64,000 nucleotides of DNA from an uncultured SAR86 cluster bacterium. Its GTDB lineage: Bacteria; Pseudomonadota; Gammaproteobacteria; Magnimaribacterales; AG-339-G14. The stretch spans positions 29,907 through 93,906 of the forward strand of contig CACNYO010000001.1 in the NCBI GenBank assembly GCA_902624765.1, in the 5' to 3' direction. Below the pieces are notes generated by a model that did not search any database, was not told the DNA's origin, and was given only the letters and a program-made list of their open reading frames with translations. Shown piece by piece: positions 20,072 through 29,942 of the stretch. The translations under genes were made by a program, and so were the position numbers. How positions within the stretch are numbered: the stretch's first letter is position 1; every line of letters starts with the position of its first letter.

Positions 20072-20749
20072 ATGGAGCGATTTTTTGATTTAGTTTTTTC
20101 GAGTTTAGCTTTGATAATTTTCTCACCATTACTTTTTCCAATTATTGTCATTTTAAGGTTAAGTGGTGAAGGTGAAATTTTCTTCTTACAAGACAGGGTT
20201 GGAAAAAGTGGGAAGGTTTTTAAGCTTTTTAAATTTGCAACTATGCTTAAAGACAGTCCTAATATTGGTTCTGGCACCTTAACAATAAAAAATGATCCTA
20301 GGATTCTTCCAGTTGGGAAACTATTAAGAAAAACTAAAATTAATGAATTACCACAGCTGTTAAATATTTTTTTTGGAGATATGAGTCTAATTGGCCCAAG
20401 ACCCTTAGCAATTCAAAACTTCAATTCATATTCAAAGGAAATTCGAAATACTATTACATTAGTAAGGCCTGGGCTCTCTGGAATAGGTTCAATAATTTTT
20501 AGAAATGAAGAAGAGATAATCGATGAAAAAGCTGCTTCTATTGATTTTTATAATAATTCAATTGCACCTTACAAGGGTTCCCTTGAAGAATGGTTTGTTT
20601 TAAATAAAGGAATTCTTATTTATTTCATATCTATCTTTGTAACAATTTGGGCAGTTCTCTTTCCAAAAACCAAATTGGCTTGGAAGGTATTCAAAGATTT
20701 GCCTGAGCCACCAAATGAACTCAAAGAAAAACTTTATTATCCTAATTAG
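20072..20749 (+). CDS. small undecaprenyl-phosphate sugar phosphotransferase (PglC/WbaP C-terminal type)
   Basis: Single N-terminal re-entrant helix, KFATM, DPRILPVGKLLRKTKINELPQL and SLIGPRP motifs. Confidence 0.85.
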   Translation: MERFFDLVFSSLALIIFSPLLFPIIVILRLSGEGEIFFLQDRVGKSGKVFKLFKFATMLKDSPNIGSGTLTIKNDPRILPVGKLLRKTKINELPQLLNIFFGDMSLIGPRPLAIQNFNSYSKEIRNTITLVRPGLSGIGSIIFRNEEEIIDEKAASIDFYNNSIAPYKGSLEEWFVLNKGILIYFISIFVTIWAVLFPKTKLAWKVFKDLPEPPNELKEKLYYPN

Positions 20750-20767
20750 ATAGATATTTAATAAATA

Positions 20768-21631
20768 ATGAGAATCTACAACATCCTGAAAGACTTTTTA
20801 CTTCCAAAAGAAGTCATATATCTCGAAGATGATGATTCATTTAATTTTGCATTAAGAGATTTAGAAGCTAACAATATTTTAGCCATAGATACAGAATTCA
20901 TCTGGAGAAATACCTACTTCCCAAAATTGAGTTTAATACAGATATCTACTTATAAAAAAATTTATATAATTGATTGCCTTAAATTAAATTTATCTGGGCT
21001 TGAGAAAATCTTCATAAATAAAAATATCTTAAAAGTTTTTCATTCCATCAGAGGGGATATATCAGTACTCTCAAACTGTTTAGGTTTTAAGATTGAAAAT
21101 ATTTTTGACACACAGCTAGCAGAAGATATTTTAAATCAAAAAACAGGTGATCAAATTAGTTATAAAAAACTTGTAAAGAAATATTTTTTTAAAGACATAT
21201 CAAAATCAGAGACTAATTCTGACTGGGAAAGGCGTCCTTTGAAAAAAAAACAAATTGATTATGCTGCTGAGGATGTAAGGTATCTTCATTCAATAATGGA
21301 AATTCAAAAAAATAAACTTATAAGTTCAAATAAAATTGATTCATTTCATTTCACATGTCAGCAGGAAAAAAAACTCGGAGAAGAAGATTTTTCTACGTCA
21401 AGGCTTAGAAGGTTTCAGAAAAAGAATAAAAATTTATCCGATAAAGAGATAGAAGTTTTCAATTGGAGAGAAAGTCAAGCAAAAAAGCTAAATGTGCCTC
21501 CAAGTCATATAATTGAAGATAAAAATTTAAAAATGTTAAAAAAGATAATAGAAAAAAAAGATCTTAATGAATGCAAGTGGATTATAAAAAAAGATTCCTC
21601 AAGAGATGATTTTATTAATTCATTCTTATGA
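20768..21631 (+). CDS. rnd: RNase D-like DEDDy 3'-5' exonuclease with a single HRDC domain
   Basis: Exo motifs AIDTEF, FHSIRGD, FDTQLA and YAAEDVRYL. The C-terminal region looks HRDC-like. At 287 aa it is shorter than E. coli RNase D. Confidence 0.7.
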   Translation: MRIYNILKDFLLPKEVIYLEDDDSFNFALRDLEANNILAIDTEFIWRNTYFPKLSLIQISTYKKIYIIDCLKLNLSGLEKIFINKNILKVFHSIRGDISVLSNCLGFKIENIFDTQLAEDILNQKTGDQISYKKLVKKYFFKDISKSETNSDWERRPLKKKQIDYAAEDVRYLHSIMEIQKNKLISSNKIDSFHFTCQQEKKLGEEDFSTSRLRRFQKKNKNLSDKEIEVFNWRESQAKKLNVPPSHIIEDKNLKMLKKIIEKKDLNECKWIIKKDSSRDDFINSFL

Positions 21632-21936
21632 TTTATGTAGCTTGGTTTTTGAATTTACTTTTAGCTTTAATCATTGCCATGATTATTAGAAAACTATTTT
21701 CAAACATAATATTGAAAAGGCTATCTTACGCATTATTTTTGAGCTTATTCATCACTTTTTGGTTTTTGTATCCAGGCAGTGAAGATTTCGCACCAATTCT
21801 TTCAATTTATTTATTAGATTTGATTGAATCTGAAAGTTTCATTCAAATGAGGCTAATTAGGCCTTTTACATTGGTATTTTTCTTAATCTTTTTTTTAGAT
21901 TTTGTGATATTTCGTTATAAATCTAAAAAGAAATAA
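21628..21936 (+). CDS. hypothetical small membrane protein (about 3 TM)
   Basis: ATGA-coupled to rnd. Three hydrophobic segments and no recognisable motif. Confidence 0.45.
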   Translation: MIYVAWFLNLLLALIIAMIIRKLFSNIILKRLSYALFLSLFITFWFLYPGSEDFAPILSIYLLDLIESESFIQMRLIRPFTLVFFLIFFLDFVIFRYKSKKK

Positions 21937-22411
21937 TTTCCATCCTTGGCACATCCGTTTCAATAATTCCTATTTTATTCATCCCTTTCATCATTCCAGC
22001 GCACTCGCCGGGATTGAACACATGTGTATCTTTATAAATTTCATCTCTAAATCTATGCGTATGTCCATGAACAATAATATTTCCTTTCTTATAAAAATCA
22101 TCTTCAATATCATCTGGATCATGAACGGCAAATAGAAAATTCTTTTCTGATATTTTTATCTCTAACTTATCTTTAAATAAAAAATCTTTTTGTTTACATA
22201 TTTTGAGTAGATCAACCATTTCGTCTTGGTCGTTATTTCCAAAAACACCTATCAATGGAATTTTAAGTATATCGAAAGCTAACAACGTTTTTGGAAGTGT
22301 TATGTCCCCTGTATGAATAACAAAATCTAAATCATGAGAATTAAAAATGTCGCAAATTCTTGCGACATTTTTTAAATTGTTGTGAGTATCGCCAGTAAGG
22401 CCTATTTTCAA
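21923..22411 (-). CDS. YfcE/MJ0936-family metallophosphoesterase
   Basis: GDTHNN, HTGDIT, GNND and HGHTH metal-ligand motifs. Confidence 0.8.
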   Translation of the reverse strand: MKIGLTGDTHNNLKNVARICDIFNSHDLDFVIHTGDITLPKTLLAFDILKIPLIGVFGNNDQDEMVDLLKICKQKDFLFKDKLEIKISEKNFLFAVHDPDDIEDDFYKKGNIIVHGHTHRFRDEIYKDTHVFNPGECAGMMKGMNKIGIIETDVPRMEIISF

Positions 22412-22414
22412 GAC

Positions 22415-23557
22415 TTAGCTTGTTTTTTCAAGAATATGGATTCCACAAGCAGTGCCTAAACCAATCACATGCGTCATTCCAATCTTTGCTCCTTCAACTT
22501 GTCTTTCTCCTGCTTCGCCTCTCAAGTGAGTACAAACTTCATAAATGTTTGCTATCCCAGTAGCCCCAAGAGGGTGACCTTTTGACAAAAGGCCTCCAGA
22601 AACATTTACTGGGACTTTCCCGCCAAGTTCTACGTGACCTTCATCAATCATTTTTCCAGCTTCTCCATCTTTACAAAGACCTAAATTCTCATAATGAAGC
22701 ATTTCAGCTGTAGCAAAACAATCATGCAACTCAACAAGATTGACATCTTCAGGACCAATTCCTGCTTGTTCATAAGCGTCTTTTGCCGCAAGCCTTGTGC
22801 AAGCATTAACATCTGGCATGACTAGGTCTCTATCAGTATATGGATCACTTGCCATTGCAGATGCTCTTACTTTTACCGCTCTTCTCATGCCAAGTTCTTT
22901 TGCCTTCTTTTCAGAAACGAGAACAGCAGCAGCAGAACCATCTACATTTACGGAACACATTAATTTGGTGTTTGGATAAGAGATCATTTCGGCATTCATC
23001 ACTTCATCAAGAGGAGTTTCAATTTGATACATTGCCTTAGGATTCATGGTTGAATGATGATGATTTTTAACTGATATTTTCGCAAATTGTTCAAAGGTTG
23101 TTCCGTATTCCTTTGCGTGTTCCATTCCAGCTTCTGCGAAAACACAGGGCATTGTTCCTGAGCCAAGCAATCCTTCTTTAGGGATTCCATCGCCACCGCC
23201 AGCACCTCCTAAGAGGCCTTTACCCATTTGTTCCACGCCAACAGCTAATACAACATCATACATTCCTGCTTTGATGGACATCCAAGCTTCTCTAAAAGCT
23301 GTAGCACCTGTCGCACAAGCATTCGCAACATTCACTACCGGCATTCCAGTTTGACCTATTTCTTGAAGAATTCTCTGTCCAACCATTGCATTTGCTTGTC
23401 CTAAATTTCCACAGTAAAGAGCTTGCATGTCTTGAATTCCTAATCCAGCATCATCCAATGCCATTAATGCAGCTTCTGCACCAATATTTGGAACACTTCT
23501 ATCAGGAAATCTTCCAAACTTAATCATATCAACACCCATTACATAAACATCACTCAT
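22415..23557 (-). CDS. thiolase-fold protein (SCP-x/lipid-transfer-type thiolase)
   Basis: The NACATGATA active-site Cys region, the C-terminal HDCF motif and a GLG..CG block indicate the thiolase fold. Paired with a DUF35 protein. Confidence 0.8.
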   Translation of the reverse strand: MSDVYVMGVDMIKFGRFPDRSVPNIGAEAALMALDDAGLGIQDMQALYCGNLGQANAMVGQRILQEIGQTGMPVVNVANACATGATAFREAWMSIKAGMYDVVLAVGVEQMGKGLLGGAGGGDGIPKEGLLGSGTMPCVFAEAGMEHAKEYGTTFEQFAKISVKNHHHSTMNPKAMYQIETPLDEVMNAEMISYPNTKLMCSVNVDGSAAAVLVSEKKAKELGMRRAVKVRASAMASDPYTDRDLVMPDVNACTRLAAKDAYEQAGIGPEDVNLVELHDCFATAEMLHYENLGLCKDGEAGKMIDEGHVELGGKVPVNVSGGLLSKGHPLGATGIANIYEVCTHLRGEAGERQVEGAKIGMTHVIGLGTACGIHILEKTS

Positions 23558-23570
23558 AATTTCACCTCAA

Positions 23571-23987
23571 TTAAGCTGGTTCAAAAAAATAACTCAGATA
23601 AGAATTTCCTTCCTTATCCTTTCTGCCCAAAGCATCGCCATAAGTTATTTTAACTGGCATATTAAATTCTATTTTATCAGGATCTGGCTCAATATTAATC
23701 AAATTTCCTTTAATTGTTCCCCCTCCATCAAGATCTACAATTGCAGAGATGTAAGGAACATCAATTCCAGGGAAAGATCTAAAAACTATTGCGTAACTAT
23801 GTAGAATTCCGGTCTCAGACAATTTTATAACCTCCATCTCGTTTCTTACAAAACATTTAGAGCATACAGTTCTTTCACCTAAGTATGTAGAACTACATTT
23901 TTTGCAACGATAGCCTTCTAAGTAAGGATCCCCGTCATCAGGAATTTTAAGGTAATCGACCACAGGCAATGGTTTTGATTTAGACAT
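23571..23987 (-). CDS. DUF35 Zn-ribbon/OB-fold protein (thiolase partner)
   Basis: CKKCSSTYLGERTVCSKC rubredoxin-like ribbon followed by an OB-fold region. The start is taken at MSKSKPL, which has a G-rich SD. The ORF-track extension to 24035 lacks support. Confidence 0.75.
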   Translation of the reverse strand: MSKSKPLPVVDYLKIPDDGDPYLEGYRCKKCSSTYLGERTVCSKCFVRNEMEVIKLSETGILHSYAIVFRSFPGIDVPYISAIVDLDGGGTIKGNLINIEPDPDKIEFNMPVKITYGDALGRKDKEGNSYLSYFFEPA

Positions 23988-24055
23988 GCTTCCCCCAATA
24001 AAACTTAACCATGTACAATTATTAAACCATAGCAATGCATAAAAATTAAGAAAAA

Positions 24056-24787
24056 ATGAGTTTAATTGGCGGAATTGTAGGTGGAATGATTGGATTCACT
24101 TTGCTTGGACCTATTGGCGCTCTTGTTGGAAGCGTAATGGGCTCAAGAATGACTAGGCAAGCAAAATCTAGAAGAAACCCAAACAACTTAGATCATCAAG
24201 TAGCTTTTTTTACAGCCCTATTTGCATGTTTAGCAAAAATTGCTAAAGCCGACGGAAGAGTAAGCGAAGAAGAAGTCTCGAAAATTGAAAGTTTTATTTC
24301 TAATAAATTCAACTTTAGCGAAGATGAAAGAAATTTTGCTATAAATATTTTTCAAAAAGCTAAATCAGATAGAGTTTCTTTTGAAGCATATGCAGAACAG
24401 CTTTATCAACTTTTAGGCTCTAGTCCAAATTCACTTTTGGTTTTCTATGAACTTTTATTTGAGTTAGCCATGGCTGATGGAGAAATGCATGAAAATGAGG
24501 AGAGGTTATTAAGGAAAATCCCTAACATCTTTGGATTTGATAAAAATGTTTATAAAGATTTATATAACAAATATGTTGGAAAAATTTCAGATGCTTATGA
24601 AATTCTGGGTGTTACTAAAGGCATGACTTTAGAAGAAATAAAAAAAGTCTATAGAGTTAAAAGAAAAGAATTTCATCCAGATGCGCTAATTTCTAAAGGT
24701 CTCCCAGAGGAATTAATTGAAAAAGCTAAAGAAAAATTTATAGAAATACAAGCAGCATTTGAGATAATAGAAAAGGAAAAAAAATGA
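24056..24787 (+). CDS. djlA: DjlA-like membrane co-chaperone (TM, TerB-like domain, C-terminal J domain)
   Basis: Gly-rich N-terminal TM, a central TerB-like repeat (ADGRVSEEE / ADGEMHENEE), and a C-terminal J domain DAYEILGV...EFHPD. Confidence 0.7.
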   Translation: MSLIGGIVGGMIGFTLLGPIGALVGSVMGSRMTRQAKSRRNPNNLDHQVAFFTALFACLAKIAKADGRVSEEEVSKIESFISNKFNFSEDERNFAINIFQKAKSDRVSFEAYAEQLYQLLGSSPNSLLVFYELLFELAMADGEMHENEERLLRKIPNIFGFDKNVYKDLYNKYVGKISDAYEILGVTKGMTLEEIKKVYRVKRKEFHPDALISKGLPEELIEKAKEKFIEIQAAFEIIEKEKK

Positions 24788-25254
24788 TTAGATTTATTTT
24801 AAAAATAGATAATTTTTTAGGTAACTTAAAAGCCTTGGATTTCATTGGTCTATTTTGTTTGAGAGTCTACTTATTCTTCATATTTTGGAACGCTGGGGTG
24901 AGAAAAATAGCTTGGGAAGATGGCATACCAAATGTTGATAGATTTTCAGAGTTTTTGGGTCCAGGAGGAAAAGATAATCTCAATTTAATTCTGCCTGACC
25001 TATTTGCTTGGTTAACGGTTATTGCTGAAGCAGGAGGGGCAGTCCTCTTATTAATAGGGCTTTTCTCGAGATGGGCAACCGTACCTATTTTATTATGCAT
25101 GATTGTGGCTACTTATTATCATTCTCCAAACGGATGGAATGCAGACGCTGGAGGTTATGAGATGTCAGTAACTTATTTCTTAATGACTTCAATCATTTTA
25201 TTATTTGGTCCAGGTAAATATTTATCGCTAGATTTTTGGGTTCAAAGAAAATAA
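24784..25254 (+). CDS. DoxX-family membrane protein
   Basis: Four hydrophobic segments with a GL.R..L...F...G..K-type N-terminus. ATGA overlap with djlA. Confidence 0.55.
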   Translation: MIRFILKIDNFLGNLKALDFIGLFCLRVYLFFIFWNAGVRKIAWEDGIPNVDRFSEFLGPGGKDNLNLILPDLFAWLTVIAEAGGAVLLLIGLFSRWATVPILLCMIVATYYHSPNGWNADAGGYEMSVTYFLMTSIILLFGPGKYLSLDFWVQRK

Positions 25255-25848
25255 ATGAATTTTGATTCCATATCTCAAGAGCCTCTTCTTGAAGTCAAAT
25301 ATTTTCTTGAGCAGGCCAGAGATAAAAATTTGAGAGACTGGAATGGAATGACCGTTTCAACCGTCGATCAAGATCAAAGACCTTCTTCTAGGGTCGTATT
25401 ACTAAAAAAATTTACTGATGACGGTTTATTTTTCTATACCAACTATAAAAGTAAGAAGGGCAAAGATATTTCAAAAAATAATAATGTTTCAGTAAATTTT
25501 TGGTGGAGAGAGTTGCAAGTACAAATTAGAGTCAGCGGATTAATATCAGAAGCCTCCAGATCAGAATCGGAAGAATATTTTAATTCGAGACCAAAAGGTT
25601 CAAGAATTTCAGCTATTGTCTCAAAACAGAGTGAAGAAATTGAATCTTTTGAAAGCTTCCAAAAAATTGTTGAAGAAGCTATTAGTAACTTGGACGAGAA
25701 AGATATAAAACTCCCAGATCATTGCGGAATGTATAAAATCATGCCGTCGCAGATTGAAATTTGGAAAGAAGGAGAATTCCGTAGACATGAAAGAACACTT
25801 TTTAAACTAGAAGGAAAAAAGTGGATTAAATCTTACCTTTCTCCTTAA
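25255..25848 (+). CDS. pdxH: pyridoxamine 5'-phosphate oxidase
   Basis: RVVLLKKF..DGLFFYTNYKSKKG and FWW..LQVQIRV blocks, with a C-terminal ..RHERTLF region. Confidence 0.8.
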   Translation: MNFDSISQEPLLEVKYFLEQARDKNLRDWNGMTVSTVDQDQRPSSRVVLLKKFTDDGLFFYTNYKSKKGKDISKNNNVSVNFWWRELQVQIRVSGLISEASRSESEEYFNSRPKGSRISAIVSKQSEEIESFESFQKIVEEAISNLDEKDIKLPDHCGMYKIMPSQIEIWKEGEFRRHERTLFKLEGKKWIKSYLSP

Positions 25849-25904
25849 AAAATAGTGATATTGAAGTAAAATAACTCTTTAAGGCCCCTCGTATAGGTCA
25901 AAAA

Positions 25905-27833
25905 ATGATAGAAATTACACTTCCTGATAAATCCAAGAGAAATTTTGAAGAGCCTCCTAGTATTTATGAATTGGCTCAAGATATTGGCCCCAGTTTAGCT
26001 AAAGCAACTCTAGCAGGAATTATAGATGGGGTAGAGCATGATGCTTGTGATCTTATAGAAAAAAACTCAGAAGTTGCCATCTTAACCAACAAAGATAAAC
26101 AAGGATTAGATATTATTCGACACAGTTGTGCTCACTTATTTGGCCATGCCATCAAACAAATTTTTCCTGAAACTAAAATGGCAATTGGACCAATCATTGA
26201 AGATGGATTTTATTATGATATTGACTTGGATCATAAAATGACTCATCAAGATCTTGAAAAAATTGAAAAACGAATGAAAGAGTTAGCTAGTTCATCTTAT
26301 GAGGTTGAAAAAAAATTAGTTCCGCATAAAGAGGCTGTGAAAGTCTTTAAGAGTAGAAAAGAAGATTACAAACTTGAAATACTCAAAGATATTGATAAAT
26401 CAGAAAATGTTGCCCTGTACCATCATGAGGAGTACGTGGATATGTGTCGGGGGCCGCATATTCCTAATATGAGTTTTGTTAAAGCTTTCAAATTAACGCA
26501 TGTTGCCGGCGCTTATTGGAGAGGAAAATCAGACAATAAAATGCTTCAAAGAGTCTATGGAACTGCATGGAATTCTAAAAAAGAACTTGATGATCATTTG
26601 CATATCAAAGAAGAAGCATCTAAAAGAGATCATAGGTTACTTGGAAAAAAATATGATTTATTTCATCTGCAAGAAGAGGCTCCTGGCATGGTTTTTTGGC
26701 ATCCTAAAGGATGGAGTATTTATACTGCAGTTGAAAAATATATGAGAGAAAAACAAGTTAATGCTAATTACTCTGAGATAAAAACTCCACAAGTAATTGA
26801 TAGAAAATTATGGGAGAAATCGGGTCATTGGGAAAAATATAGAGAAAATATGTTTATCACAGAAATTGATGAAGAACATGCAAATGAAAAGAGAACAAAT
26901 GCTTTGAAACCCATGAATTGTCCAGGCCACGTTCAAATTTATAATCAATCTTTAAAGTCATACAGAGACTTACCGATTAGGTTTGCAGAGTTTGGCAGCT
27001 GCCATAGATATGAACCTTCAGGGACCATGCATGGATTAATGAGGGTCAGGGGCTTCACTCAAGATGACGGACATATTTTTTGCACCGAAGATCAAATCCA
27101 AGAAGAGACTGCCTTATTTATTTCACTTCTTTATGATGTTTATGAAGATTTTGGCTTTAAAAAAATTGATATTAAGCTTTCAACAAGGCCAGACGTAAGA
27201 GTTGGCTCTGATAAGATTTGGGATAAAGCTGAAAAAGCTCTTAAGAATGCAATCGAGGCGTTAGATATCGATTATGAAATTGCAGAAGGCGATGGAGCTT
27301 TCTATGGACCAAAAATTGACTTTGTTCTTACCGATGCTTTAAAGAGGGAATGGCAATGTGGAACTTTTCAAGCAGACTTTAATTTGCCTGAAAGGCTTGA
27401 TGCTTCCTATGTAGGGGAGGATGGAAAAAAACATAGACCAGTTATGATGCACAGAGCAATTCTGGGATCTTTTGAGAGATTTATTGGAATTTTAATTGAG
27501 CAATATGATGGATCATTTCCTTTGTGGTTGTCTCCTATTCATGCAGTTGTCATGAATGTGTCGGAAAAACATAGTCAAAGAGTTGTTGAAATCACTGAGA
27601 TATTGAAAAAAAATGAAATAAAAGTCATTTCAGACTTGAGGAATGAGAAAATCACTTATAAAATCCGCGACCACTCTATACAAAAGATACCTTATCAAAT
27701 TGTTATAGGTGATAAGGAGATTGAAGAGGGTTCAATTAGTGTAAGAGATAGAGAGTCTCAAAAGCAATCTTCTATGTCAGAGAGTGACTTCTCAAAAATG
27801 GTTTTGAGAAAAATAAGATCTAAGGAGGTCTGA
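25905..27833 (+). CDS. thrS: threonine--tRNA ligase
   Basis: TGS N-terminus, HSCAHL editing motif, class II motifs ([13 protein letters not shown], ...GTFQADF...), and an anticodon-binding C-terminus. Confidence 0.95.
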   Translation: MIEITLPDKSKRNFEEPPSIYELAQDIGPSLAKATLAGIIDGVEHDACDLIEKNSEVAILTNKDKQGLDIIRHSCAHLFGHAIKQIFPETKMAIGPIIEDGFYYDIDLDHKMTHQDLEKIEKRMKELASSSYEVEKKLVPHKEAVKVFKSRKEDYKLEILKDIDKSENVALYHHEEYVDMCRGPHIPNMSFVKAFKLTHVAGAYWRGKSDNKMLQRVYGTAWNSKKELDDHLHIKEEASKRDHRLLGKKYDLFHLQEEAPGMVFWHPKGWSIYTAVEKYMREKQVNANYSEIKTPQVIDRKLWEKSGHWEKYRENMFITEIDEEHANEKRTNALKPMNCPGHVQIYNQSLKSYRDLPIRFAEFGSCHRYEPSGTMHGLMRVRGFTQDDGHIFCTEDQIQEETALFISLLYDVYEDFGFKKIDIKLSTRPDVRVGSDKIWDKAEKALKNAIEALDIDYEIAEGDGAFYGPKIDFVLTDALKREWQCGTFQADFNLPERLDASYVGEDGKKHRPVMMHRAILGSFERFIGILIEQYDGSFPLWLSPIHAVVMNVSEKHSQRVVEITEILKKNEIKVISDLRNEKITYKIRDHSIQKIPYQIVIGDKEIEEGSISVRDRESQKQSSMSESDFSKMVLRKIRSKEV

Positions 27834-27862
27834 TTGTTAAAATTTTTCGTTAGAGGTTTAAA

Positions 27863-28411
27863 ATAGCTTCTCCCAAACCTAGGCAGACGTCCTTTAAAAA
27901 AAGACAACCTGTAAATCAACAAATTTCCGCCTCAAAAGTAAGGCTTATATCTGAAACAGGGGAACAGTTGGGAATAGTTGCAATAGAAGAAGCTATGGAA
28001 AAAGCTTCAGCAGCAAGCCTTGATTTGGTTCAGTTAGCAAACGATTCTGAACATCCTGTTTGCAAGCTTATGGATTATGGTAAACACCTTTTTGATAAGA
28101 AAAAACAAAAATCTGCTTCAAAGAAAAAACAAAAAAGGACACAAATTAAAGAGATAAAATTTAGACCTGGGACAGAAGAAAACGATTATCAAATAAAGTT
28201 AAAAAGCATAACTAGATTTATTCAAGATGGAGATAAGGCAAAGATTACAATGAGATTTAGAGGCAGAGAAATGATGCATCAGGATTTAGGTCTTGAGCTT
28301 CTAAAAAGAATTGAAACGGACCTTTCCGATCAGGCTGTAGTTGAGCAAGAGCCACAGTCAGAGGGAAGGCAGCTTGTAATGGTTATGTCACCAACTAAAA
28401 AGAAAAATTAA
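27863..28411 (+). CDS. infC: translation initiation factor IF-3, with a probable non-canonical ATA start
   Basis: Full-length alignment to IF-3 (…[14 protein letters not shown]…[17 protein letters not shown]…RFRGREM…) requires about 35 aa upstream of the track's TTG at 27968. An in-frame TAG at 27851 leaves ATA 27863 as the only near-cognate start, 6 nt after AGAGG. Confidence 0.8.
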   Translation: MASPKPRQTSFKKRQPVNQQISASKVRLISETGEQLGIVAIEEAMEKASAASLDLVQLANDSEHPVCKLMDYGKHLFDKKKQKSASKKKQKRTQIKEIKFRPGTEENDYQIKLKSITRFIQDGDKAKITMRFRGREMMHQDLGLELLKRIETDLSDQAVVEQEPQSEGRQLVMVMSPTKKKN

Positions 28412-28413
28412 AA

Positions 28414-28611
28414 ATGCCAAAAGTTAAAGTACATAAAGGAGCTGCCAAGCGTTTTAAAAAAACAGGCTCTGGACTCAAAAGAAAACAAGCTAATAAAAGA
28501 CATATTCTTACTAAGATGTCGACAAAATCAAAAAGGCAACTCAGAGGTACAACTCAACTTGCTGCTGGCGATGAAAAATTAGTAAAAAGAATGTTTAGAG
28601 AAAAATCATGA
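28414..28611 (+). CDS. rpmI: 50S ribosomal protein L35
   Basis: [20 protein letters not shown]... is typical of L35. Confidence 0.95.
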   Translation: MPKVKVHKGAAKRFKKTGSGLKRKQANKRHILTKMSTKSKRQLRGTTQLAAGDEKLVKRMFREKS

Positions 28612-28964
28612 GTAGAGTAAAACGAGGCGTCCAAGCCAAAAAAAGACATAAGAAAATTCTTAAACTAGCAAAAGGTTATAGAGGAGCACGCAGCAGGACT
28701 TTCAAAGTTGCAAATCAAGCTGTACTAAAAGCTGGCCAATATGCATACAGAGATAGAAAAGTTAAGAAAAGAACTTTTAGATCGCTTTGGATCATCAGAA
28801 TCAACGCAGCTGTGAGAGAGCATGGTCTGAGCTATAGTGTTTTCATGAATGGTCTTAAGAAAGCCAACATTGATTTAGATAGAAGAGTTTTAGCCAACAT
28901 GGCTGTAGAAGACAAAGAAGGTTTTGCATCTCTAGTTTCAAAGGTTAAAGATATTGCTGCATAA
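28608..28964 (+). CDS. rplT: 50S ribosomal protein L20
   Basis: [28 protein letters not shown]... is typical of L20. ATGA overlap with rpmI. Confidence 0.95.
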   Translation: MSRVKRGVQAKKRHKKILKLAKGYRGARSRTFKVANQAVLKAGQYAYRDRKVKKRTFRSLWIIRINAAVREHGLSYSVFMNGLKKANIDLDRRVLANMAVEDKEGFASLVSKVKDIAA

Positions 28965-28970
28965 TGGGCT

Positions 28971-29942
28971 ATGGATTTAGCCCAAGAGAAAAAAACTTTC
29001 TTAAATAAATTTAAAGAAGCAGATTCTCAAGATTCTCTTAATTCTCTAAAAATTGAATACCTTGGCAAAAAAGGTGTTCTGTCATCTTTGATGTCCCAGC
29101 TATCTAACGCACCAGCTGAAAAGAAACCTAAGCTAGGTAAATCGATCAATGAATTAAAATCATTAATTGAAGAATCAATCAGTTCATCGCTGGAAAAAAT
29201 TGAACAATCTGCCCTGGATGAACAATTATTTAAAGAAGCAATTGATGTTACTTTACCATTAAGGCCAGCCGTAGGAAGTTATCATCCTGTATCTTTGATA
29301 GCCCAAGAAATCTCAAATTATTTTAAAAATAAAGGTTATGTACTTCGAGAGGGGCCTGAAATTGAATCAGAGTATTTCAATTTTTCTGCATTAAATATTC
29401 CTGAGAATCATCCTGCTAGAGATATGCATGACACCTTTTATTTTGAAGATGGCAATCTTTTAAGAACTCATACCTCGCCCGTTCAAATTAGGTCTATGGA
29501 ATTAGAATCTCCTCCCTTAAAAATATTATGTCCAGGAAAAGTATTTAGATGCGATTCAGATCAAACCCATACACCTATGTTTCATCAGGTGGAAGGTCTT
29601 GTTGTCGATAAAGATGTTAATTTTGCACATCTAAAAAATGAAATCTTGGAGTTTGTCGAATCTTTTTTTAAAGACAATCCAAAGGTAAGGTTTCGACCTT
29701 CATACTTTCCATTCACAGAACCTTCAGTAGAAGTAGATATACTGGGAAAAAATGGCTGGTTAGAAATAATGGGATGTGGAATGGTCCATCCAAATGTATT
29801 GAAAAATGTGGGGCTAAATCCAGAAGTGTATTCGGGTTTTGCTTTTGGTATGGGAATAGAAAGAATGACTATGCTTAGATATCAGATATCAGATATCAGA
29901 ATGTTATTTGAGAATGACTTAAGGTTTGTCACAAAAGGATAA
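28971..29942 (+). CDS. pheS: phenylalanine--tRNA ligase alpha subunit
   Basis: HPARDMHDTFY, LLRTHTSPVQIR, FHQVEG and GFAFGMGIERM motifs. Confidence 0.95.
   Translation: MDLAQEKKTFLNKFKEADSQDSLNSLKIEYLGKKGVLSSLMSQLSNAPAEKKPKLGKSINELKSLIEESISSSLEKIEQSALDEQLFKEAIDVTLPLRPAVGSYHPVSLIAQEISNYFKNKGYVLREGPEIESEYFNFSALNIPENHPARDMHDTFYFEDGNLLRTHTSPVQIRSMELESPPLKILCPGKVFRCDSDQTHTPMFHQVEGLVVDKDVNFAHLKNEILEFVESFFKDNPKVRFRPSYFPFTEPSVEVDILGKNGWLEIMGCGMVHPNVLKNVGLNPEVYSGFAFGMGIERMTMLRYQISDIRMLFENDLRFVTKG

Noticed and set aside
23988-24035. 16-codon N-terminal extension of the DUF35 ORF
   Set aside because: The extension (MLWFNNCTWLSFIGGS) has no SD. The internal ATG at 23987 is preceded by a G-rich SD-like run and gives a family-typical N-terminus.
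27968-27970. TTG at 27968 as the infC start (ORF-track call)
   Set aside because: It would delete about 35 conserved N-terminal residues of IF-3, which are clearly encoded in frame upstream.
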